Assembly (NCBI GenBank): GCA_038063255.1 | Contig: JBBTVL010000015.1 | Location: forward strand, 1 to 42,688 | DNA length: 42,688 nucleotides | Reading direction: 5' to 3' | Origin: Patescibacteria group bacterium | GTDB lineage: Bacteria; Patescibacteriota; Minisyncoccia; Phycocordibacterales; VMEP01 | In this document: one piece after another, positions 1 to 7,951 of the stretch | How positions within the stretch are numbered: the stretch's first letter is position 1 | Layout of the letters: each line of letters opens with the position of its first letter | The notes under the pieces: generated by a model | What the model was told of the DNA's origin: nothing | Database searches by the model: none | The model's input: only the letters and a program-made list of their open reading frames with translations | Program-made: the position numbers and the translations under genes

Positions 1-53
1 CAACACAGCTCCCTGTGGCGGAGTTATCTCGGGTTCAAATCCCGATAGGCACC
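1..53 (+). tRNA. tRNA-His (anticodon GTG), 3' two-thirds only (5' end outside window)
   Basis: Anticodon arm gctcc-cTGTGgc-ggagt (8-24) gives U33-GUG-G37. T arm is tcggg-ttcaaat-cccga (29-45). A 7-nt acceptor 3' strand is followed by C at the discriminator position (53), the bacterial tRNA-His hallmark. CCA is not encoded. Confidence 0.7.
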
Positions 54-78
54 CCCGGTTCGCTGATATAATTCAATA

Positions 79-801
79 ATGGTAATATTTTTTATTTTAC
101 TCACTTTCGTTTCCACTTTTTTAGGCGGTTTTTTAGCGCTTAAGTACCGGGACAAGCTTCACTTGGTTTTGGGTTTTACCGCGGGCGTACTCTTAGGGGT
201 GGTAGCTTTCGACCTCTTACCGGAGATTATTGAAAAAGTTGCAGAGCTCGGTGTCAATCCGTTGTATCCAATGATTGCTCTGGTCTTGGGGTTTTTCATT
301 TTTCATATTATTGAAAAGTGGATTCTGATTCATCACTCTCAAGAAGAAACATACGGTCCGCACAAGCATCCGACCGTGGGAATTTTTTCGGCTTTAGCTA
401 TAGCCGGCCACTCGTTTTTGGATGGCGTGGGTATCGGGCTTGGGTTTCAGATTTCACCGGAGGTGGGGACTCTGGTGGCGGTAGCCGTAATTTCCCACGC
501 TTTCTCTGACGGCTTGAACACTGTTTCTTTGATGATTGTCCATGAAAATCCCGTGAAAAGAATCATTAAACTTCTCTTTCTTACTGCTATCGCTCCCGTA
601 CTGGGCGGTTTGTCCACGCTATTTTTTACCCTGCCGGAGAGCGCGCTTCTTCTCTATCTTGGGTTTTTTGCCGGATTTTTCCTCTATATTGGGGCATCCA
701 ACATTTTGCCGGAAGCTCACAGCAAGGATTCTTCGCTAAAGACCGTTTTGGCGACGGTTCTAGGCACCCTACTTATCTTCTTTGTAACTGGCGCGCTCTA
801 G
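79..801 (+). CDS. ZIP-family (ZupT-like) divalent metal transporter
   Basis: 240-aa multi-TM ORF with a His-rich loop (HHSQEETYGPHKH) and paired motifs HSFLDGVGIG / HAFSDGLN typical of ZIP transporters. Confidence 0.8.
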   Translation: MVIFFILLTFVSTFLGGFLALKYRDKLHLVLGFTAGVLLGVVAFDLLPEIIEKVAELGVNPLYPMIALVLGFFIFHIIEKWILIHHSQEETYGPHKHPTVGIFSALAIAGHSFLDGVGIGLGFQISPEVGTLVAVAVISHAFSDGLNTVSLMIVHENPVKRIIKLLFLTAIAPVLGGLSTLFFTLPESALLLYLGFFAGFFLYIGASNILPEAHSKDSSLKTVLATVLGTLLIFFVTGAL

Positions 802-853
802 GTGATATACTGTAGGGAATTATTAAATTAATAAAAATAATCTATATACGCGT

Positions 854-1297
854 ATGGAAACAATAATGAATAAATGTATGGGTTGGTGCGGACACCCTTA
901 TATGGGCATAGCCGCGCGAGTTTTCCTTTCAGCTATTTTCGTAATAGTGGGTTTCAATAAACTGATTAATTTTTCTTCAACGGCGCAGTTTATTGGGAGC
1001 TCCGGACTGCCGATGCCTGAAGTATTAACCGCACTTGCGATTATCTTTGAACTGGGCGGCGGCGTTATGCTCCTCCTAGGGTGGAAAAAGCGCATTGCAA
1101 TCTTCATGCTTATCGTCTTTACCGTGCTTGCGACAGTGCTCTTTCATCTGAAGAACCTTACCATCGACCAAGTACAGCAGATTATGTTTCTCAAGAACTT
1201 GGCGATAGTGGGCGGCCTTATTGCCCTGTGGCAGGGTTCCGAATGCAGTAAAGAGGGATGCGCCAATTGCGCGAATGGCACCTGCTCTTCAGTTTAA
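854..1297 (+). CDS. DoxX-family membrane protein
   Basis: 147-aa 4-TM ORF. The GFNKL...FELGGGVMLLLGW pattern is typical of DoxX. It has a Cys-rich C-terminal tail. Start could be a nearby downstream ATG. Confidence 0.7.
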   Translation: METIMNKCMGWCGHPYMGIAARVFLSAIFVIVGFNKLINFSSTAQFIGSSGLPMPEVLTALAIIFELGGGVMLLLGWKKRIAIFMLIVFTVLATVLFHLKNLTIDQVQQIMFLKNLAIVGGLIALWQGSECSKEGCANCANGTCSSV

Positions 1298-1314
1298 TAG
1301 TAACTATAAAAGTC

Positions 1315-1347
1315 AAACAAAAAACACCTTTGAGATGTTTTTTGTTT
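1315..1347 (+). terminator. A/T-rich hairpin after the DoxX gene (weak terminator candidate)
   Basis: aaacaaaaaaca (1315-1326) pairs perfectly with tgttttttgttt (1336-1347). Confidence 0.35.
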
Positions 1348-1410
1348 ATTTCCATTTTTCCCATGGCAAGCCATGTGGTATTATGAACAAATAATAAACA
1401 CATATTTTTT

Positions 1411-2205
1411 ATGCAAAACGAAAATCTTTTGAGTAACAAAAAAATTATTCAGGCCACACTGGCGCTTCTGGTGATGTCATCCCTTTTCTTTGTTGCAAAA
1501 TTCATATCTGAATTGAAATCGTACGAATACATCGGCGGCGGCGTTTTGGCCAGCAACACAATATCGGTCTCTGGAGTTGGCGAAGTGTTCGCCGTGCCCG
1601 ATATCGCAACAATTAATTTTTCCGTAACGCATCAAGGCAAGACCGTGGCCGAAACGCAGAAAGAAGTAAGCAAAAAAATTGACGCGGCTCTCTCGTTTTT
1701 GAAAAATTCCGGAATTGCCGATAAAGACATAAAAACAACAAACTATAGCGCCTATCCGCGGTATGAATACAATAGCGTACCTTGCACGGTATCCTACTGC
1801 CCACCGGGGAAGCAAACCCTTGCTGGTTTTGATGTAACTCAAAATATTTCTGTAAAGGTTAGAAACACTGACAAAGCTCCCGCCGTGCTTGAAGGTCTGG
1901 CCAAGGCGGGAATTACCGAAATCTCGGGACCGAATTTTGAAATTGACGACGACGAAGCCCTGAAAGCCGAGGCGCGCAGGAAAGCAATCGCCGACGCCAA
2001 AGAGAAAGCCGGAATTTTGGCGCGCGACCTCGGAGTATCACTGGTGCGCATTATTGGTTTTTCCGAAGGGGGCAATTACCCGATTTATTATGCTAAGGCA
2101 CTTGAATCAGCCGATGGGCGTGGCGGTGCAGTTTCATCTCCCGAGCTTCCGAAAGGGGAGAATAAGATAAGTTCAAGCGTGACTATTACTTACGAGATAA
2201 GGTAG
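1411..2205 (+). CDS. SIMPL/DUF541 (YggE-like) periplasmic protein
   Basis: 264 aa with an N-terminal TM. The VSGVGEVFAVPDIATINFSV start and overall pattern up to ...VTITYEI resemble the SIMPL family. Confidence 0.7.
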   Translation: MQNENLLSNKKIIQATLALLVMSSLFFVAKFISELKSYEYIGGGVLASNTISVSGVGEVFAVPDIATINFSVTHQGKTVAETQKEVSKKIDAALSFLKNSGIADKDIKTTNYSAYPRYEYNSVPCTVSYCPPGKQTLAGFDVTQNISVKVRNTDKAPAVLEGLAKAGITEISGPNFEIDDDEALKAEARRKAIADAKEKAGILARDLGVSLVRIIGFSEGGNYPIYYAKALESADGRGGAVSSPELPKGENKISSSVTITYEIR

Positions 2206-2270
2206 AACTAGCGTTTAGCTATTAGCGGTTAGGGTGTAGTGAAAGAGGATAAGACGAATACAAAAAACTG

Positions 2271-2310
2271 CTTAATCCGCCAGCTGGCGGATGAGGGGTT
2301 TTTGTTTTGC
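2271..2310 (+). terminator. Intrinsic terminator after the SIMPL gene
   Basis: Stem centred on ccgcca-gc-tggcgg (2277-2290), extended by flanking pairs and followed by ggtttttgtttt. Confidence 0.6.
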
Positions 2311-2324
2311 CTGAATATTTTAAA

Positions 2325-2351
2325 CCACTTGGAAACCAGGTTTCCAAGTGG
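2325..2351. promoter_or_regulatory. Perfect 13-1-13 palindrome CCACTTGGAAACC-a-GGTTTCCAAGTGG just upstream of TTGACA boxes (operator candidate)
   Basis: Read directly. TTGACA occurs at 2365-2370 and 2373-2378. A ~40-bp block including TCATAAAATGGC is repeated at 38411-38450 upstream of the TPR gene promoter. Confidence 0.6.
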
Positions 2352-2488
2352 TCATAAAATGGCCTTGACAAGTTGACATTTTTATGTAAGTATTGTAATT
2401 GGATAAACAACCCCAAGGAGAAAAGGGGTTTAGTACCTTAAAACATGTAGTAAGAATTACCCTTTCCAACAACCTTCGAGAGATAACC

Positions 2489-3631
2489 ATGAAAACCGAA
2501 AAAGAAACAAGTACGGGTAGCACCGCGATATCAATCGCTTTCGCGTCTGCAAAGCCGTTTCCCGCCAAAAAGTCGGCATTGCTTTCCGTCAAGGGTGGTG
2601 ACGGGCTCAACTTTCCGACTATCGTCAAGCCGAAGCCCGGTGCCGCCGATGAGTTCCGCGAGCACCGGCAGAAGGTCAGGCAGTTCGCGGGCGACGCGAT
2701 CGATGCGCTCCCCGAGCTCCGCAATTATGTCGCGGAACTCACGGCAATCGAGGGGTGGCAAGAAGACCCGAAGATCGAGGCCGAAGTCAGGTCCGCCAAC
2801 CTCCAGATCGTCGAGATCGAAAAGGTTCCGGCGGTAAGGGACCAGCTGTTGTACAAGATGGTTGAGCTGGCAAAAACCGGCGACGAGTTTCTGGCGGCGC
2901 TTCACTTCGGACAGACCGTTTCAGCCCGCGCCGAAGAGTACCAAGCGGGGCGGGAGCACAAGTACCCGCGTCTTAGGGAAATATCCGGTGAAGATATGAA
3001 GCAGTTCAACGAATCCGCGAGGGTCGAGGGCGGCAGGAGGGACAACAAAAAGTTCTTCCAGTACGCCACAACTTTTCGTGGCGCCGTGTTTCTGTATTTT
3101 GAGCCGGACGGCGGCTTTGGGAACGACACTCCGTTCCAGTCGAAGCTCAAGAAGCTGATTCAGGACCGCAGGGGGCAATTCGTCCAAGCGGAACTGGGTA
3201 CGCTTCAGGAGAAGGATGCCGGCGAAAAGGCCAAGATCGTGGAAATCATGAAAGACCCGCGGTTCAAGCCAATCTCCGTCCTCAAGGATAACATCGCTCC
3301 CGGTCTTTACTGGGCGCACGCGTCGGAGAGGAATTTGGAGGGGAGGTCGCGGCCGGAAGGATTGTCGGTCATTGAGGTGTACGAGAATCCCAGTAACAAC
3401 AGGGGAATCCTGTACTTCAAGGTGAAAGATGCTTACGGCAGCGACCGTGACTTTACCGAACTCATCGGCAAGTGGAGTGCGCCCATAGAAAGGACGCTTC
3501 ACGGCGTCGTGCCCGAACGGGTGCTCGACAAGCTTGACGGGGAAATGGGCGAGAAAGTGAAGAGATTCACCAACATGCTCTACAAGCGGTTCTTCCACGC
3601 CGCTCGCATTCCCCTGCCGGACTCGCGCTAA
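2489..3631 (+). CDS. Hypothetical protein (380 aa), G+C-rich island gene, no domain recognised
   Basis: The ORF-track ORF opens at TTG 2399; I chose the first ATG at 2489 (MKTEKETS...). Long uninterrupted frame followed by strong hairpins. Confidence 0.6.
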   Translation: MKTEKETSTGSTAISIAFASAKPFPAKKSALLSVKGGDGLNFPTIVKPKPGAADEFREHRQKVRQFAGDAIDALPELRNYVAELTAIEGWQEDPKIEAEVRSANLQIVEIEKVPAVRDQLLYKMVELAKTGDEFLAALHFGQTVSARAEEYQAGREHKYPRLREISGEDMKQFNESARVEGGRRDNKKFFQYATTFRGAVFLYFEPDGGFGNDTPFQSKLKKLIQDRRGQFVQAELGTLQEKDAGEKAKIVEIMKDPRFKPISVLKDNIAPGLYWAHASERNLEGRSRPEGLSVIEVYENPSNNRGILYFKVKDAYGSDRDFTELIGKWSAPIERTLHGVVPERVLDKLDGEMGEKVKRFTNMLYKRFFHAARIPLPDSR

Positions 3632-3649
3632 AAACGCGAATGCAGTTTT

Positions 3650-3709
3650 CCGCCGCGGCAAGTAAAACTTGCCGCGGCGGATGAAGGGGGGCTCGTACTC
3701 CCCTTTTTT
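3650..3709 (+). terminator. Double hairpin terminator after the 380-aa gene
   Basis: 13-bp perfect stem ccgccgcggcaag/cttgccgcggcgg (3650-3680), then a gggg...cccc hairpin followed by a T-run (to 3709). Confidence 0.6.
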
Positions 3710-3757
3710 GTTTTTTTCTGCTAGACTCACGCAAGACTTTGAAGAAGGAGGTGTATT

Positions 3758-4270
3758 ATGGCAAAAGGCCATGACAGGTGTCGGCCTCAGCCCGAGAAAC
3801 TTGTACTTCTCTGCGATGGTGGTATCCGTGTTGAGCCATTCAAACAAGGGTATCTGATTGACCTGTCTCGCATCAGAGAAAGAGCGAGCTCCATCGCCCC
3901 GATAGCGTTGTCGTTCATGTTCGATTACCAAGACGGGCTCTATGAGCACCGAATCAGGAATCTCTACGACGAAAACTTCTTTTACATTACCTGTCCGAGA
4001 ATCCAAGAGGCCCAGAAAAATAAAGACAAGACAGACTGGGTTCTTAGCAAGTTCGGGTACATAGCTATTCCTCTCATGCCGGAGATTACCGATGTGGTCA
4101 TAGTTGCGAACGACGGAGACTTTGTTCCGCTTGTATCGCTTCTTAAGGACCACGGGAAGAGAGTAACCCTCTTTTACTACAAGAAACCTGCTGAGGGATA
4201 CTATTCCGTTCTTGGCAAGGAAATGATGTTCGATATCGCTGATTTCGGGCTAACGGCACAGCCGACCTAG
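3758..4270 (+). CDS. NYN/LabA-like (PIN-fold) nuclease-domain protein
   Basis: 170 aa with AGGAGG 6 nt upstream. LVLLCDGG near the N-terminus and VVIVANDGDFVPLVSLLKDHGKRV match the NYN acidic-residue pattern. Confidence 0.65.
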   Translation: MAKGHDRCRPQPEKLVLLCDGGIRVEPFKQGYLIDLSRIRERASSIAPIALSFMFDYQDGLYEHRIRNLYDENFFYITCPRIQEAQKNKDKTDWVLSKFGYIAIPLMPEITDVVIVANDGDFVPLVSLLKDHGKRVTLFYYKKPAEGYYSVLGKEMMFDIADFGLTAQPT

Positions 4271-4290
4271 CCGACCGTGGTTGTATTGCT

Positions 4291-4319
4291 GGCCCGTGAT
4301 GAAAGTCGCGGGCCTTTTT
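4291..4319 (+). terminator. Intrinsic terminator after the NYN gene
   Basis: ggcccg (4291-4296) pairs with cgggcc (4309-4314), followed by ttttt. Confidence 0.6.
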
Positions 4320-4465
4320 GTTTGGCCCCTCGGGGGTACTCGGGATTCTCAATTTTTATAGTCGCTCCGCTCCTTAAAAATTGGAACTTGACTATGAATA
4401 AACATAAGTATAGTATTCCCCCAAAGCCCTGCGGGGTGTTTTTTTTACAAAGTTTTATAAGTTTA

Positions 4466-4538
4466 AAAAGTTGGATAAGTTATATAAGTTTTAGAATTTT
4501 ATACTTATGAAACTTATTAAACTAAAGCGGAGCGTAAC
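4466..4538 (+). repeat. secE upstream element, homologous to the rplJ-rplL spacer (41909-41970)
   Basis: aaaagttgRataagtt..ataagttt..gaaacttattaaactaaagcgRagcgtaac is shared between the two loci. Confidence 0.6.
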
Positions 4539-4553
4539 TTCTTAACTTACATC

Positions 4554-4736
4554 ATGTCATTTATAGATTATTTAAGAGAAACAAAAGGAGAATTGAAGCA
4601 TGTCAGTTGGCCTACGAATCGGCAGACAATAGTTTTCACGATTATAGTTGTCATTATTTCTATTGTTATCGCTTATTTTTTGGGCCTCTTTGATTATATT
4701 TTTAAAATAGCGCTTGAGAAATTGATTCTTAAGTAA
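4554..4736 (+). CDS. secE: Preprotein translocase subunit SecE
   Basis: 60 aa with a single C-terminal TM. The ETKGELKHVSWPT motif and the position upstream of nusG support the call. Confidence 0.85.
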   Translation: MSFIDYLRETKGELKHVSWPTNRQTIVFTIIVVIISIVIAYFLGLFDYIFKIALEKLILK

Positions 4737-4814
4737 GTTTTATAAGGTAATAAGTTCAATAAGTTAGATAAGTTTAAAATCAGTCACTTCACTCATTAAA
4801 AATCAATCACTTGT

Positions 4815-4913
4815 CCCGTTAGAAATTCACCTTGATTTTAAATATAGATAAAAATAACCAAGTAATTGAAGTAATGAAAAACAAAAAATTTATTAGTTTT
4901 AATTTCTAATGGG
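4815..4913 (+). repeat. Start-codon-abutting leader hairpin (nusG copy)
   Basis: CCCGTTAGAAATT (4815-4827) pairs with AATTTCTAATGGG (4901-4913). The ATG follows at 4914. Confidence 0.65.
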
Positions 4914-5459
4914 ATGTCAAAGCAAGAAGTACAAGGAATGCGCAATTGGTACGCCATTCATACATATGCCGGTTATGAAAACGCGGTTATGCGCAATTTA
5001 AAACAGCGCATTGAATCGCTCGGCATGGAGGGAAAAATTTTCAATGTCATTGTGCCGATTGAAAAGAAAATAAAAATCAAAGGCGGCAAGCGCGTCGAAA
5101 TTGAAGAGAAAATTTATCCCGGTTATGTGCTGGTAGACATGGTGGTGGATGACGATTCGTGGTATGTGGTGAGAAATACCCCTAGAGTAACCGGTTTCGT
5201 CGGTGCCGGTGTCAATCCGGTGCCTTTGGAAAAAAACGAAGTTGACCTCCTTTTCGGACGGATGCGTTCGGACACCGTTAAGCACAACATTGACCTTGCG
5301 ATGGGTGAGTCGGTAATGGTGACCGACGGACCTTTCAAAGACCTTGAAGGAAAAGTGAATGAAGTAGACGATGAAAGAGGTAAAGTGAAAGTACTTGTTT
5401 CAATGTTCGGGCGCGAAACCCCTGTCGAATTAGATTTTTTGCAAGTGAAGAAAATCTAA
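4914..5459 (+). CDS. nusG: Transcription termination/antitermination factor NusG
   Basis: 181 aa with [17 protein letters not shown] start and a C-terminal KOW ([10 protein letters not shown]). Synteny secE-nusG-rplK. Confidence 0.9.
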   Translation: MSKQEVQGMRNWYAIHTYAGYENAVMRNLKQRIESLGMEGKIFNVIVPIEKKIKIKGGKRVEIEEKIYPGYVLVDMVVDDDSWYVVRNTPRVTGFVGAGVNPVPLEKNEVDLLFGRMRSDTVKHNIDLAMGESVMVTDGPFKDLEGKVNEVDDERGKVKVLVSMFGRETPVELDFLQVKKI

Positions 5460-5525
5460 TTCGACAAGTTATGTAAGGTAATAAGTTATAAAAGTTCAAT
5501 AAGGAATAAAAAAATAAAAAATAGA

Positions 5526-5897
5526 ATGGCAACGGGGCTTGAAAATCTAAAAATTTACCAGATGGCAGAGGAATTAGAGTTGATGCTTCATAAAGTCACT
5601 GGCAAATTTCCCAATAATGAAAGGTTTAGAAGTGTAGACCAGATTAAAATATCTTTGGCGGCAGTTGCAAATAATATATCGGAGGGGTACACTAGGCATT
5701 CATATAAGAAAAAAGTCAGGTATCTTTATATAGCTAAAGGAGAAGCTGAAGAGACAAAAAGAAATATTATACGGTCTTTCAAGAAAGGATTTCTTGAGAA
5801 AAAAATAGCAGAAGAAATAACTGATAAATATACAGAATTATTGAAGGCAATCAGTGGTTATATAAAATTTTTAAAATCAAAAGATATAAACTTATAA
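5526..5897 (+). CDS. Four-helix-bundle protein (23S rRNA intervening-sequence protein / Avd-like family)
   Basis: 123 aa. LKIYQMAEEL...FP..ERF...DQI..S..AVANNISEGY is the typical family signature. It is inserted between nusG and rplK. Confidence 0.75.
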   Translation: MATGLENLKIYQMAEELELMLHKVTGKFPNNERFRSVDQIKISLAAVANNISEGYTRHSYKKKVRYLYIAKGEAEETKRNIIRSFKKGFLEKKIAEEITDKYTELLKAISGYIKFLKSKDINL

Positions 5898-5932
5898 AAC
5901 TTCTTAAACTTATTTAACTTATAAAACTAATC

Positions 5933-6355
5933 ATGGCAAAGAGAATTACGAAGAAAATAAAACTCCAAGTGCCGGCAGGCCGTGCTACGCCCGCGCCACC
6001 ACTGGGTCCCGCGTTAGGCCAAGCCGGCGTCAATATAGGTGAATTTGTCACTAAATTTAATGCCGCCAGCAAAGATATGGCGGGGAATATTGTCTCGGTA
6101 AAGGTCCGGGTATATGAAGACAGGAGCTTTGATTTTGTGGTAAAAACTCCTCCAGTATCGGGGCTTATTTTAAAAGCGGCCGGCATAGAGAAAGGTTCCG
6201 GGAAAAACACAGCAACAAAGGTTGGCAAAATCAGTAAAGCTCAAGTGCGCGAAATCGCCGAAAAGAAAATGAAAGACCTCACCGCCAACGACATAGAAAG
6301 CGCGATGAAAATAATTGAAGGCAGTGCCCGGAGCATGGGGATAGAAGTCAAATAG
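5933..6355 (+). CDS. rplK: 50S ribosomal protein L11
   Basis: 140 aa with [26 protein letters not shown]. Confidence 0.95.
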   Translation: MAKRITKKIKLQVPAGRATPAPPLGPALGQAGVNIGEFVTKFNAASKDMAGNIVSVKVRVYEDRSFDFVVKTPPVSGLILKAAGIEKGSGKNTATKVGKISKAQVREIAEKKMKDLTANDIESAMKIIEGSARSMGIEVK

Positions 6356-6360
6356 TCGAT

Positions 6361-6457
6361 GGCTAAAACAATTTGCTCGGCAAATTGTTCGCCCGATTTT
6401 GCCTGTGGCAAAATTTAGGGGGATTAATGTGAAGTAAAAATAGCTAGCGCTATTTTT
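6361..6457 (+). repeat. Multi-hairpin repeat, copy A (GGCTAAA-hp1-CGCCCGA-hp2-TTTAGGG-hp3)
   Basis: hp1 is acaatttgc/gcaaattgt, hp2 is ttttgcc/ggcaaaa, hp3 is aaaaatagc/gctattttt. Related copies lie at 33917 and 41174-41258 (inverted). Confidence 0.6.
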
Positions 6458-6530
6458 ACGGAATCCCGCACTAATTTTGCTGTTTGTTGCAATAAAAAAC
6501 ACAATAACAACAAAATTCCATAAATATTTT

Positions 6531-6588
6531 GCGAAATGCGTGCGCGAATAGCGCAACCCTCGTCTCGGGCGAAGCATTTCGCTTTTTT
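6531..6588 (+). terminator. Branched hairpin plus T-run (probable terminator of the secE-nusG-rplK transcript)
   Basis: gcgaaatgc (6531-6539) pairs with gcatttcgc (6574-6582) and is followed by tttttt. Two small inner hairpins. Confidence 0.5.
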
Positions 6589-6683
6589 AGACAGACACAA
6601 AATTAGTGCTGGATGAAATAAACTAGTTTGTAGTTAGTAGTTTATAGTCAGTAGAAAATTAGAAACCTAAATAAAAAGAGATA

Positions 6684-6713
6684 AAAAAACGCCCCGCAGT
6701 GCGGGGCTTTTTT
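6684..6713. terminator. Bidirectional intrinsic terminator (3' of folA on the minus strand)
   Basis: gccccgc-agt-gcggggc flanked by an A-run and a T-run. Confidence 0.75.
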
Positions 6714-6719
6714 ATTGTT

Positions 6720-7229
6720 TCACTTACGACGAATGGTCAAAAACCTGGTCAGGGGATATGAAGGCAAAATTCTTTCTGCCACAATTTCCCCAAAATCTCT
6801 CCATTCGGGAAAGTAGGCGTCACCAGAAATGGGCTTATTTCCTCCGATGATGGTAAGGTACATAATTTTCACTTGGGGTAGAAACGCGCGATATATTTCC
6901 GCACCCCCACCGACAAAAATCGTTTTACTTTTCAATTTGTCGGCGTATTCGTATCCCCAAGCCAACGCTCTCTCAACCGAACATGCGAGAGTAACACCAT
7001 TTGGAACTTGCGATAGCGTTTTACTTACAACAATTAGCTTCCGCCCCGGGAGTTTTCCAGGAAGTGATTCCCATGTTTTTCTGCCGAAGATAATCGGTTT
7101 GCCCATTGTCAGTTCACGGAAATTTTTCATATCTTCCGGCGATTTCCACGGCAATCGACCGTTGCTCCCGATAATTCCTGTCGTCTCATGAAGCGCGGCG
7201 ATTATTGCAACTTGCGGTTTTTGCATCAC
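6720..7229 (-). CDS. folA: Dihydrofolate reductase
   Basis: 169 aa with VAIIAAL....IG..G.LPW....D...F...T.G..II.GRKT.ES and VGGG.IY motifs. Confidence 0.85.
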   Translation of the reverse strand: MMQKPQVAIIAALHETTGIIGSNGRLPWKSPEDMKNFRELTMGKPIIFGRKTWESLPGKLPGRKLIVVSKTLSQVPNGVTLACSVERALAWGYEYADKLKSKTIFVGGGAEIYRAFLPQVKIMYLTIIGGNKPISGDAYFPEWRDFGEIVAERILPSYPLTRFLTIRRK

Positions 7230-7339
7230 ACGTCTCCCTTGAAAGAGTCTGTGTTAAAATTACCAGAGGCTTTACTTTTTGGCAATAAAAGTATAGAAGT
7301 AATGACAGTCTAGTTACTTCAAATTTGGAGGATTCCAAA

Positions 7340-7951
7340 ATGATTAACAAGGGAATATTTGGTCCTAGCGTTGAGCTAAAGGACCGCCTAAAAACGCTGG
7401 AAGAAATCGGTTCCTTAGCAGAACATTGCAGGGGGCTTGGCCTTAGAGTTTCGATGACCCAGGGAAGTTGGGATTTGTACCACGATGCCCACAAGAAGTA
7501 TCTTGCCAAGGCGCGTTCGTTTGGCGATCTCCTTATCGTGGGGGTCGACTCGGATGAGAAGATTCGTCACCGAAAAGGAAAAGACAGGCCGATGGTTCCT
7601 CAAGGAGAACGACTTGATCTTCTGGCGGGAAACCGCAGCGTCGACGTGGTGGTGCTCAAGGAGCTTAACCACGAGAAGTGGGCCCTCATCAAGGCGGTAC
7701 GGCCAGATGTTCTTATCGTTTCGGAGACGACGAGGAAAAATAAACCGATTCCGCAAGAGGAGATAGACGAGATTAAGCAGTATTGCGGTGAGATCGTCGT
7801 TCTTCCGGCCCAGGGGGAAACGACAACAAGCGCGCGTGTTGCCCACTTTACTCTCAATATTGGTAGACAAATAAAGAAAGCGCTCGAAGATTCGATTCCA
7901 GGAATCATAGAACGTGTCACAGGCCCTCTCGGCGAAGGGGAGGAAAGATGA
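7340..7951 (+). CDS. Cytidylyltransferase-family nucleotidyltransferase, HldE/RfaE domain-II-like
   Basis: GGAGG 7 nt upstream of ATG 7340. Has the GSWDLYHDAH (GxxDxxHxxH) signature, GDLLIVGVDSD, RPMVPQGER..LL and a C-terminal TTTS. The stop overlaps the next start (ATGA). Confidence 0.7.
   Translation: MINKGIFGPSVELKDRLKTLEEIGSLAEHCRGLGLRVSMTQGSWDLYHDAHKKYLAKARSFGDLLIVGVDSDEKIRHRKGKDRPMVPQGERLDLLAGNRSVDVVVLKELNHEKWALIKAVRPDVLIVSETTRKNKPIPQEEIDEIKQYCGEIVVLPAQGETTTSARVAHFTLNIGRQIKKALEDSIPGIIERVTGPLGEGEER

Noticed and set aside
2921-4153. 410-aa minus-strand ORF antisense to the 380-aa gene and the NYN gene
   Set aside because: It runs straight through the inter-gene terminator hairpins and the SD of the NYN gene. 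Its composition (L/R/V/P-rich) is typical of a shadow frame in G+C-rich DNA. The plus-strand genes have proper signals and a recognisable NYN motif.
6359-6440. ATGGCTAAA... 4 nt after the rplK stop as a possible rplA start or remnant
   Set aside because: The frame hits a stop after about 20 codons with no L1-like sequence. The same GGCTAAAACAATTT string recurs at 33917 as part of a repeat family.
6170-6577. 135-aa minus-strand ORF overlapping the rplK 3' end and the downstream spacer
   Set aside because: It overlaps the clearly real rplK and the hairpin repeat region, and has no motif or start signal.
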